Positions 17,679-25,754 of a DNA stretch of 45,740 nt are shown here, in pieces. Numbering within the stretch: the first letter of the stretch is position 1; every line of letters starts with the position of its first letter. The position numbers and the translations under genes were made by a program. Origin of the DNA: an uncultured Dehalococcoidales bacterium (lineage in GTDB: Bacteria; Chloroflexota; Dehalococcoidia; GIF9; UBA5629); assembly GCA_964582065.1 (NCBI GenBank), contig CAZOQG010000002.1, positions 1 through 45,740 on the forward strand, read 5' to 3'. Below the pieces are notes generated by a model that worked only from the letters and a program-made list of their open reading frames with translations, was not told the origin of the DNA and ran no database searches.

Positions 17679-18557
17679 GAGCACAAAGCTAAGGGGGAGA
17701 CGGTCTCCCCCAAAACGCCAAATTCACCCAGATAGTGGACTAGACATACGGCCTCTGCTAGTGGCTACATGCTTGATTGCGAAGCTACCGGGAAGTCTCC
17801 TGCAACGATAGAATATTATACAGGGAAACTGAGCAAGTTTCTATGGTGGACAGCGTCTCATTAGCTCACGCCTTTTCTTAGAGTAAGATGTAGGTACGGG
17901 TCTTTGGACCTGAAGAGGCTGTCTGAAAACCCAGGGGGGCTTGTCCCAAGTGGGGAGCTATCATCAAGAAAACCTCCTATTTCCAACCCAAGTGGGAAAT
18001 CCAGACCGAAAGCACCACTTTCTTCCCAGCAAAGTGGGAAATGAAATCTCATGGTTCGACTTTTGGGACAGGCTGTGAAGGTCCGTCCCTACGGTTCTCC
18101 ATCCCCTGTCGGGGTGGGGTTAGGCGGAGGGGGAATCCTCATCGTCTTCGAACCAACACACGATTTGAAATTCCCTTGACTTGTATAGTGAAGTTTGGCA
18201 AGGTGTTGCTTTTGCCAGCAGCTTGAACGGCAAATCGGAGGAATACGCAGATTCAAAATGGATTTGAGAGTCTGTCATTTGACAGTTCCTGTCCCCAAAT
18301 GTTGGCAGCCCGTATTTGAAAACTGGCCGCGGACATGTACGAAATCATGCCCAAATGACGCCGCACTATTCCTGTTGATATGCTGTTGTCGTCTCACAAG
18401 AGAGTCTTCCCGAGGCCAATACTTGTCGCAACTATCTAGGCCGGAGAAACGGCCGTGGTGGAACGTGCCGAGACGGACAAAGGAGATAAGAAGGTCAAAT
18501 CACAAAGCTGCGCCTGAGGAAGAACTTCTGAAGTATGATGGGTTCCCGTCTCTTGAA

Positions 18558-19721
18558 TTAAGCTTCCGCTAAAAGTGCCTCGGCTACTATCAGCCGTCTT
18601 ACCTCAGATGTGCCGGCTCCGATCTCGATGAGTTTGGCGTCCCTCAGCAGTCGGTTGACCGGATAATCCAGCGTGTAGCCATAGCCACCGTGAATCTGGA
18701 CGGCATCCAGAGCAGCTTTGGTGGCGGCTTCAGCACAAAACAGAATTGCAGCCGCAGCTAGTTTGTGGATCTCTGTCCCCTTGCCGCCCCTTTCCGATTT
18801 CGATGCTAGGGCGGCGGCTTCGTATGCCAACAGCCTTGATGCTTCTACAGCTACATACATATCAGCCAGCTTGCCTTGAATCAACTGGAACTTACCTATT
18901 GGCTGTCCAAACTGAACTCTCTCCTTGGCATATTTCACGGATAGCTCCAGGGCTCTCCGCGCCATGCCCAGGGAAAGCCCGCAAGCCATAGCCCTTTCTG
19001 TATCCAGGCCCGACATCATCACCCCAATACCCTGGTCTTCTCCACCTAGTATATTCTGGCGAGGCACCCGGTAATCTTGGAACGACAGCTCTGCAGTTGG
19101 CGAGCCTCTATGTCCCATCTTGTCAATGTGGCTTGATGTGAAGGAGCCCTGGAAGCCTTTCTCAACTATGAAAGCAGTTATGCCTCTGGCACCTCTTTCC
19201 GGGGCTGTCTTGGCATATACTATGATAACATCAGCAATGGTACCATTGGTGATAAACATCTTAGTTCCATTGAGGATATAGTAGTCGCCATCTCTTCTGG
19301 CGGTGGTCTGGATTGATACAGCATCGGAGCCAGCGTTGGGTTCCGTCAGGGCAAGAGCGCCGATCTTCTCACCTCTACACAACGGCGGCAGGTATTTTTC
19401 TCGCTGCTCTTCCGTCCCATTCCGGTAGAGGTTGTCGCAACACAGGTTTGAGTGCGCGCCACAGGATAAAGCTATGGCAGGGCAGATTCGACTTATCTGC
19501 TCACCGCAGATAGCCTCCGCCAGGGAATCAAAGCCGGCTCCCCCATACTTCTCTGGAATTGTAATCCCCAGCACCCCCAGCTCAGCCAGCCTCTTCCACA
19601 CCCAATCAGGGAATTTGTCTTCTCTATCGATTTGCTGGGCAATCGGTTCAATCTCCTTTTCCATGAAATCATGAACCATGCTAGCTAGCATCTTGTGTTG
19701 TTCGCTCAATTCAAAGTCCAT
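18558..19721 (-). CDS. Acyl-CoA dehydrogenase
   Basis: [11 protein letters not shown]...KMFITNG...QIHGGYGY...[22 protein letters not shown] are the classic ACAD motifs. The product is 387 aa. Confidence 0.9.
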   Translation of the reverse strand: MDFELSEQHKMLASMVHDFMEKEIEPIAQQIDREDKFPDWVWKRLAELGVLGITIPEKYGGAGFDSLAEAICGEQISRICPAIALSCGAHSNLCCDNLYRNGTEEQREKYLPPLCRGEKIGALALTEPNAGSDAVSIQTTARRDGDYYILNGTKMFITNGTIADVIIVYAKTAPERGARGITAFIVEKGFQGSFTSSHIDKMGHRGSPTAELSFQDYRVPRQNILGGEDQGIGVMMSGLDTERAMACGLSLGMARRALELSVKYAKERVQFGQPIGKFQLIQGKLADMYVAVEASRLLAYEAAALASKSERGGKGTEIHKLAAAAILFCAEAATKAALDAVQIHGGYGYTLDYPVNRLLRDAKLIEIGAGTSEVRRLIVAEALLAEA

Positions 19722-20151
19722 ATGTATCTCCTTCTGTGGCTTGATTGAAGGTTCTTGCTATGTTGAAAGACCGAGTCAGCCGCGGTTTCCTGCATTCCTG
19801 TGGCAATTATACACTCTGACGACGACAAACGCCCCCCTAGTCTCGTGTTTGTGCTTGAAAGTTCAGGACTTTGGCGCTTTCGCCCCGTCCCATCACCGCC
19901 TCATAACGGAATGACCATTCTTCAGAATCTGCCCCAAAGTACTACTTGCCATAACAGTGTAGATTCAGAGCTACTACAGTGGTAGAATAATCCCAAAAGA
20001 TGGTCAGACTTTGCGAGGCTAGGGTGGAGATGATTAAAGGCTTGCCGATGGTTAAGCTAAAGGAAATCCGTCTTGATGAAGCCAGTTACTTGATAGCTTA
20101 GCGGTCCTGTTGCACGTTAACGTTGCACTCAGGGAGACAGGAGGTGAAATT

Positions 20152-20445
20152 ATGGAGAAAAAGGGCTTTCAGCTTGGACAAGTTCTTACCACAAGGGCCA
20201 TCACCGAAAAGGTAAAAGAGAGCAAGGAGTTTGCCGAATTTGTACGGGAGAGCGTACGCGAGCACGCAAATTGCAACTGGGGCGACCTTGACGAGGGCGT
20301 GGCAGCCCAAAACAAACAGGCCCTGGAGTACGGCGGCCGACTAATCTCAACCTGGGAACACACGGAATTGCCGAAGATTTGGATTATCACCAAGCCTGAC
20401 AGGTCGGCCACCGTAATTCACTTCCCGGGGGAGCATCCGGAGTAA
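20152..20445 (+). CDS. Small conserved protein of a family I associate with plasmids/ICEs (unknown function)
   Basis: The track ORF is trimmed to the ATG at 20152, which has a GGAGGTG Shine-Dalgarno. The pattern ...NWGDLDEG....N..ALEYGGRLIS.W......IWIITKPDRSATVIHFPGEH resembles the GDWGDL...N..A...G.R..S.Y...IWIITE.DRS.TT.LLPEEY family that I recall on conjugative elements. This match is from memory only. Confidence 0.55.
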   Translation: MEKKGFQLGQVLTTRAITEKVKESKEFAEFVRESVREHANCNWGDLDEGVAAQNKQALEYGGRLISTWEHTELPKIWIITKPDRSATVIHFPGEHPE

Positions 20446-20692
20446 TACGGGCAAGGACGAGAGTTGAGGCTAGGAGTAGGTCTCCGTTCCCACCCCGGCA
20501 ACCCTACCCACCCAACCACCTCCCCTGGCCCGTAGGTATAGGCTGTTTTTCAGAACCGACCCCAAGTCCTGGCTGTTTTTTCACATGCAACTCAAATCTG
20601 GGGACATTGCATTTGGAAACCGTATCACTTCAAGCTTTCTTTCCATGACGACGGAGACCAATGTTATAATTGGGGCCCAGGAGGTGACTGCA

Positions 20693-21367
20693 ATGGAAAT
20701 CAAGGTTTTGGGAATATGTGGTAGTCCTATCAAAGGCGGTAATACCGAAGCTTTTCTCAGGCAGAGCCTTGAAGCTGCCGAAGCCACCGGCTATGCCAAG
20801 ACCGAGCTGATAACCCTGGCCGGCAAAGACATAAAAGACTGTCGTCATTGCAACTGGTGCGTCAAAAAGCAGGAGGAGGGTAAATTCTGCGCTCAGCAGG
20901 ACGATATGGTCGGAATATATCCTCACATATTAGGGGCTGATGCTTTGCTATTGGCCAGCCCTGTCTATATTGGTCGACTGTCCGGATATATGGCTTGCTT
21001 TACTGATAGGCTCCGGGCTTTCGCCTTCGGCAATATCTATGGCCAAAGACTGGGGAATAAGGTGGGTGGTGCCTTAGCTGTAAGCTGGGGAAGGAACTAC
21101 GGCATAGAGACGACACTGCTCACTATCATCTCTACATTCTTTATGATGGGAGTGATACCCGTTGGTCCGCCCCACGGTTTGGGCTCTCCTCTTGGTGCTG
21201 CCGGCCTGGCCAGTGAAGGTGGAACGGGAAAGTTCGACCCCGGAGACAAGCTAGGCGTGCTGCGAGATGAATATGGCCTTAAGGGGGCTCGGGCTTTGGG
21301 CAAGCGGGTTGCTGAAATCACCAGGTTAGTTAGAGCCGGAGAAGCTGCACAAATTGAAGGGCGATAA
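20693..21367 (+). CDS. Iron-sulfur flavoprotein-like NADPH-dependent FMN reductase
   Basis: The track ORF is trimmed to MEIKVLGICGSPIKGGNTE, with AGGAGG upstream. This is a flavodoxin-like FMN reductase N-terminus. A compact Cys cluster CRHCNWCVKKQEEGKFC (Cx2Cx2Cx9C) follows, as in Isf-type proteins. Confidence 0.7.
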   Translation: MEIKVLGICGSPIKGGNTEAFLRQSLEAAEATGYAKTELITLAGKDIKDCRHCNWCVKKQEEGKFCAQQDDMVGIYPHILGADALLLASPVYIGRLSGYMACFTDRLRAFAFGNIYGQRLGNKVGGALAVSWGRNYGIETTLLTIISTFFMMGVIPVGPPHGLGSPLGAAGLASEGGTGKFDPGDKLGVLRDEYGLKGARALGKRVAEITRLVRAGEAAQIEGR

Positions 21368-21505
21368 ACAAGTTCTTGAGTTCGCTGAGAGTGTCAAATT
21401 GTCAGCATGAGCGGCAGCGAAGGGTCTCAAGGTCGGAATGCAAAAGTTGAGGATAAAAATGCAAAATGGCAGATTGGAATTTGAAAAGCAATCCATGCCC
21501 TTTTT

Positions 21506-21640
21506 GTCATTGCGAGGAGCACAAGCGGTTGCGAGGCGTAGCCGAAGCAAACTCGGAGTGGGATTCCTCGCTTGCGCTCGGAACAAGCTCCGCAATCTCG
21601 GTAGGGGGCAATGAGATTGCCACGCTTCGCTCGCAATGAC
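21506..21640. repeat. Repeat element bounded by a 12-nt inverted repeat (gtcattgcgagg / cgctcgcaatgac family)
   Basis: gtcattgcgagg at 21506-21517 and ctcgcaatgac at 21630-21640 flank GC-rich palindromic sequence. The same family recurs at 28401-28560, with a fragment at 45440-45470. Confidence 0.7.
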
Positions 21641-21792
21641 ACTCGCGAATAAGGGCCGGCTCTAAAGGGGGGTAGAAAACAATATTTGTCATTTCAACTT
21701 TTGAGTCTGAAATTCTAAGTCAGCAATAATGAAAGGCTCAGAATGACAGCCAGGATTGATAAACGACTTCACTCGTTAGTGATGATAGAGGG

Positions 21793-23442
21793 CTAGAGTG
21801 AGTTGAGGATGCTCTCTATTTCCTCCGGGCTGTGAAAACGCCCTTCCTTTACTTCCCTGATAATACCATCGGCATCGATAAAGGAAGTTGTGGGGAAAAG
21901 CGCGGGTTGGTAAACCTCGTCAACCATTCCTTCTGAATCGAGCAGGACGGGGAAACTCAGTCCTTGGTTGTCAACAAAGCTCCTTACAGTTTCGGTGCTC
22001 TCTCTAACATTGATGGCAAGTATTACCAAGTCGTCATCTGACCATTCCTCAAAAACTGCCTGGATGTGAGGCATTTCAACTATACAAGGCTGGCACCCGC
22101 TCAGCCAGAAGTTGATCATTACTATCTTACCGCGAAGGCCGCTCAAAGTCAGGCTTTCGCCATCAATAGTCGGGAGGGTGAAATCAGGGGCGCGCATGCC
22201 TGCTCCGGTGCCGATGGGTAAGGCAGAGAGAGTTATTACTGGAAAGATATGAAGTGTCGCTTCATGTCCGGTAGCATCTTTTGACTTCAGTTCGACGTGA
22301 TAGCGCGTATAGGGCTGTAGCCCGCTCAAACTTACACTATGGTCACTGGTCGACTCGTCAAGAGATACTGTGATTGACTCCCAAGAATCAGTTATCCAAT
22401 ACTCAACCTCGCTGGTGCCAGGTTCATCAGTTTGCCACTTTATCGTGGCACTTGATTCGGCAACATTGGAAACGTCCACATGCCAAATCACTGGAGGGCT
22501 TACATCGGTTAGAGTCGTGAATGAATACTTCTTAGACAGAGCTTGATTCTCTAGGTTATAGCCAGACAACACTTGGAAGTGACACGTAGTATCGGGGGCG
22601 AGACCATGCACCGCTACGCTATGCTCAGTAACCAGGGTTCCATCGGGCGAAGTGGGTACGTGGGGGCCATGTTCAGTGTCGCATACTATGGCGTCGCTGG
22701 CAGACGGCTCATCGGTCACCCAGGTGATAATGGCGCTCTTATCCGTAGCTGAGGCCGATACATCGGAAATTGTGGGCGCTATGCTCTTCATGTCTGTATT
22801 GGTCTTTATGCTGTTGAGTATATCTTCTATTTCATCTTGGCTACTGAAATGTCCCACGGTTGCCAATCTGATAATGCCCCTGGCATCGATGAACAAATGC
22901 ACGGGGCAGCGCATGATATCGTAATCTGCGCCGACTCCTTCTGAATCAAGCAGGACGGGAAAAGTTAAACCATGTCTTGTGATGAATTCTTCGACCGCAG
23001 CGCGGTCCGCCCAAACATTAATGCCCAATATCGCCAATTCCTTTTCTGGCCATTTATCGCGGGCTCCCTGGATGGAGTGAATCTCCTGGTCTAGTCTCCC
23101 GTCGTGGTTACCAAGATCCCCCCAAAAAGTGAGCATCACCATCCTGCCCCGAAAGTCCCTCAAACTGACGTTCTGGCCATCAGTGGTTTGCAGACTAAAC
23201 TCCGGGGCTCGATTGCCGACCTCGGGACCTATTTCAGGAGCGGTGATTAATGCAACCACGCCCCAGATACCCGCTCCAAGAAGACAGACACTGATTACGG
23301 CTGTAGCAAAGACATGCTGCGGAGCAACTTTCCCTGCTGTCCTCAGGGGTGCGAAGAACCTGGAAAGTATGGCATTGGAAGACTTGGCAGCTCTGCGCCT
23401 TGATTTCCCGACTGTGTTATCCTTTTTTTTCGGCATCGCCAA
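21793..23442 (-). CDS. Membrane-anchored protein: basic N-tail, TM, degenerate (Cys-less) thioredoxin fold, 2x FN3/PAP-N-like domains, TlpA-like thioredoxin (CQPC). Referred to here as ZFT-C.
   Basis: The TM helix is FATAVISVCLLGAGIWGVVALI. The first redoxin-like domain reads MLTFWGDLGNHDG where CXXC is expected. The FN3-like repeats are SASDAIVCDTEHG...HSVAVHGLAPDTTCHF and GTSEVEYW...HSVSLSGLQPYTRYHV. The C-terminal domain is MINFWLSGCQPCIVEMPHIQAV...FPVLLD. The start is TTG at 23442 or ATG at 23436. Confidence 0.8.
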   Translation of the reverse strand: MAMPKKKDNTVGKSRRRAAKSSNAILSRFFAPLRTAGKVAPQHVFATAVISVCLLGAGIWGVVALITAPEIGPEVGNRAPEFSLQTTDGQNVSLRDFRGRMVMLTFWGDLGNHDGRLDQEIHSIQGARDKWPEKELAILGINVWADRAAVEEFITRHGLTFPVLLDSEGVGADYDIMRCPVHLFIDARGIIRLATVGHFSSQDEIEDILNSIKTNTDMKSIAPTISDVSASATDKSAIITWVTDEPSASDAIVCDTEHGPHVPTSPDGTLVTEHSVAVHGLAPDTTCHFQVLSGYNLENQALSKKYSFTTLTDVSPPVIWHVDVSNVAESSATIKWQTDEPGTSEVEYWITDSWESITVSLDESTSDHSVSLSGLQPYTRYHVELKSKDATGHEATLHIFPVITLSALPIGTGAGMRAPDFTLPTIDGESLTLSGLRGKIVMINFWLSGCQPCIVEMPHIQAVFEEWSDDDLVILAINVRESTETVRSFVDNQGLSFPVLLDSEGMVDEVYQPALFPTTSFIDADGIIREVKEGRFHSPEEIESILNSL

Positions 23443-23559
23443 CTACCCTGGTTCTCAGCCGTTGAGCTGTACTGCTCGCCGCAGGTTCTTGATTGTGTTA
23501 TCGGCGGATTGGAGGACGGTAAACATGTGGTCACATTCAGCAGCCACGATTACAGGTTA

Positions 23560-25449
23560 CTAGAGAGAGTCGAGTATCTCCTCAATTTTCTCCTGGCTGC
23601 TGAAATACCCAACCTGTACTTCCTGAATAATACCCTCAGTATCGATGAAGAAAGTAGTGGGCCATTGATTTACGCTGTAATTGGCATGGACTGCTCCTAC
23701 CGAATCAAGCAAGGCGGGGAAAGTCAATTCTTCGCTGTCCATGAAACTCCGGATAGTGTCAGCGTTATCAATTTTATTGACTCCGAGTATTGCCAATTCA
23801 TCGGCTGACCAGTTATCGGAAACCGCCTGGATGTGAGGCATTTCAGCTGCGCAGGGACCACAAGCTACAAACCAGAAGTTGACCATCACTATTTTGCCTC
23901 GAAAATCACTGAGAGTCACGTCTTGCCCGTCGAGGTTATGCAGGGTGAAGGGGGGAGCGCGGTTGCCTTCTTGATAACCTACCGGGATGGTGGGGAGAGT
24001 CTTAAATTGGTCTGCATCAGAGGTGGTTTCATTTCCGCTGGTGTCTTTCGACTTCACCCTGAAGTGATAGGTCGTGTCGGCCTCCAGGTCGGTTAGTGTG
24101 ACGCTATGGCTGGTGGTCAGCTCCTCATCCAGTGTTGTGGTTGAACCGTAATCAACGGTTGTCCCGTATTCCACCTGGCTGGTGGCTTCTTCGTCCGTTG
24201 ACCATTCAATGGTGGCGCCTGTTTCGGTAGTATCGGAGACATCGACATCCGAAATCAGCGGCGTCGTCGTATCAGCCTGGGCTGAAGTTGTGAAATCCCG
24301 TTCGTATGTCGTCTCATTTTCGCTTTCGTCTTCTGATATCAGAGTCAAGTGATAAGTCGTATTTGGGTCGAGGTCGCTTAAGGTTACAGAATGGTTAGTA
24401 ACCAAAGCCTCGTCGGGCTCTGTCCAAGTACAAACTTCACCAGGGTCGCATATCATGACCTGGCTGGTAGCTGGCTCGTCGGTCTCCCAGGTAACAATAG
24501 CCCCTGTGGCGGTTATTGACGAAAGCGACACGTCTTGGATTACCGGGGGCGTGCTATCTGGAGCGGTGGGTGGTGGTGTGGTTCCTGGCTGGGAGAATGT
24601 GTAGTACAAATAGAGGCCGAGAAAGCCTACAAACACGGCCAGGAGACCGAACGAGGAGATTCTTAGCAGCAGCCGTCGTGTCGGCGGTAAGATGCCCCAT
24701 TCTCCTGGCGCCGGGCGTGCCACTTGATACGGATAGGGGCGCCCCGGCGACAGAGGCCTCGCCGTTGCTGTCGTAACGCTGGCTGCTACTGGTGCAGCAC
24801 GTAGTGCTTGCTGCTGCATCCCACCATATGGCGTGGCAGGAGGCGGACCATAACTTGGAGGATATCCGGAACCGGGGCCAGCAGGAACGCCATGCGTGGG
24901 GTAATTATACTGAGGGCCAGTGATATAGCCTCCGCGGAATTGCTGGCCTGTAGCGCTTTGTGGCCTCGGTGGTGCCGGGCTTGGTGGTGCTGGTGGGGGA
25001 GGGCTTGGTGTGGCGAAGGGTGTAGGGGTGGCTGCTGCTGGGGCGGCGGGTGCTGCTTGGCCCTGCATCTTTTCGAGTAGCTTCTTGCCAAGAAGCAAAC
25101 CACACCTTGGGCACTGTCCGGTTGCAGGGTTAACCGCAATGCCACACTGGGGGCAATTGAGTTGGACACTTGTCTGAGGGGCTCTGGGAAACTGCTGACC
25201 AACAACAGTTTGCCGGCCGGGCGCAAGATACGTTACTTGCTGCTGCATCGCCGGGGCTGCCTGCGGCACGCCTCCATATCCGGCCGTACCACCGAGAAAG
25301 CCGCAATTAGGGCAGTATTTGGATCGGGTAGGAATAGTGCCGCCACATCTGGGGCAGCCAGGGACTAGTCTGGCACCGCATTGTAAGCAGAATTGCTGTC
25401 CTATTGCATTGTGCCAGCCACAATTAGGGCATCTGGTTATTTGCTGCAC
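23560..25449 (-). CDS. Zinc-ribbon, Pro-rich linker, TM, 2x FN3/PAP-N-like domains, TlpA-like thioredoxin (CGPC) membrane protein. Referred to here as ZFT-B.
   Basis: The N-terminus has CPNCGWHNAIGQQFCLQCG, CPRCGG...YCPNCG and CPQCGIAVNPATGQCPRCG. A P/A-rich segment follows. The TM helix is ISSFGLLAVFVGFLGLYLYY. The FN3-like repeats are ATSQVMICDP...HSVTLSDLDPNTTYHL and ATSQVEYGTTVDYG...HSVTLTDLEADTTYHFRV. The thioredoxin domain is MVNFWFVACGPCAAEMPHIQAV. The start is GTG. Confidence 0.85.
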   Translation of the reverse strand: MQQITRCPNCGWHNAIGQQFCLQCGARLVPGCPRCGGTIPTRSKYCPNCGFLGGTAGYGGVPQAAPAMQQQVTYLAPGRQTVVGQQFPRAPQTSVQLNCPQCGIAVNPATGQCPRCGLLLGKKLLEKMQGQAAPAAPAAATPTPFATPSPPPPAPPSPAPPRPQSATGQQFRGGYITGPQYNYPTHGVPAGPGSGYPPSYGPPPATPYGGMQQQALRAAPVAASVTTATARPLSPGRPYPYQVARPAPGEWGILPPTRRLLLRISSFGLLAVFVGFLGLYLYYTFSQPGTTPPPTAPDSTPPVIQDVSLSSITATGAIVTWETDEPATSQVMICDPGEVCTWTEPDEALVTNHSVTLSDLDPNTTYHLTLISEDESENETTYERDFTTSAQADTTTPLISDVDVSDTTETGATIEWSTDEEATSQVEYGTTVDYGSTTTLDEELTTSHSVTLTDLEADTTYHFRVKSKDTSGNETTSDADQFKTLPTIPVGYQEGNRAPPFTLHNLDGQDVTLSDFRGKIVMVNFWFVACGPCAAEMPHIQAVSDNWSADELAILGVNKIDNADTIRSFMDSEELTFPALLDSVGAVHANYSVNQWPTTFFIDTEGIIQEVQVGYFSSQEKIEEILDSL

Positions 25450-25557
25450 GCTGTAACCGTTTCCCGATTGCTTCGGCGCATCTTGCCCTTTCTGCTATCC
25501 ACTTGTCTTCCTGTTGTGCCTCTATTAGTTTTGCAGGACATACCGAATGTCTTCCCT

Positions 25558-25565
25558 ATTATACA
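25558..25565 (-). promoter_or_regulatory. Extended -10 element (TGTATAAT) upstream of ZFT-B
   Basis: The minus strand reads GGTGTATAATAGG, about 109 nt upstream of the GTG start. The same octamer and several leader blocks are shared with the ZFT-A upstream region. Confidence 0.4.
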
Positions 25566-25754
25566 CCTAGGCAAAGCAAAAAGTAGAACATCAAGTGCGG
25601 AACCCGTAGCCGCAAGTGATGCTGGAAGGTACGGCGACAGGCTTGATGGGCTGTATGTCGGCAGGGGCGAAGCCTGTCACAGCGCTTTAGTTTGCTCTGG
25701 CTGCACTAGAAACAAGTTAGGCAAACCGCCGAGGAGCTGATGGCAGCAAAGAAG

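Noticed and set aside
16850-17700. Integrative mobile element at tRNA-Ser.
   Set aside because: I could find no integrase, excisionase or direct repeat of the tRNA 3' end flanking the low-GC gene. I report it only as a compositional islet, not as a defined mobile element.
18040-18160. tmRNA-like or tRNA-like features: ggttcgac near the start, tcgaacc about 95 nt later, and tggtgga at 17845-17851.
   Set aside because: There is no G-rich acceptor 5' end, no T-arm (GGTTCGAATCC-type) adjacent to a CCA end, and no tag-peptide reading frame ending in a stop. The complementary segments are better explained as arms of nested palindromic repeats.
18195-18572. 125-aa plus-strand ORF in the gene-free region.
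   Set aside because: It has a Cys/Arg/Pro-rich noise-like product, no Shine-Dalgarno, and its end overlaps the ACAD gene terminus. I treated the region as non-coding.
24786-25226. ORFs 24786-25226 (-), 24808-25080 (+) and 24905-25114 (-) inside ZFT-B.
   Set aside because: They are alternative frames across the GC-rich Pro/Ala linker-coding segment of ZFT-B. Such low-complexity DNA is open in several frames, and only the ZFT-B frame connects recognisable domains.
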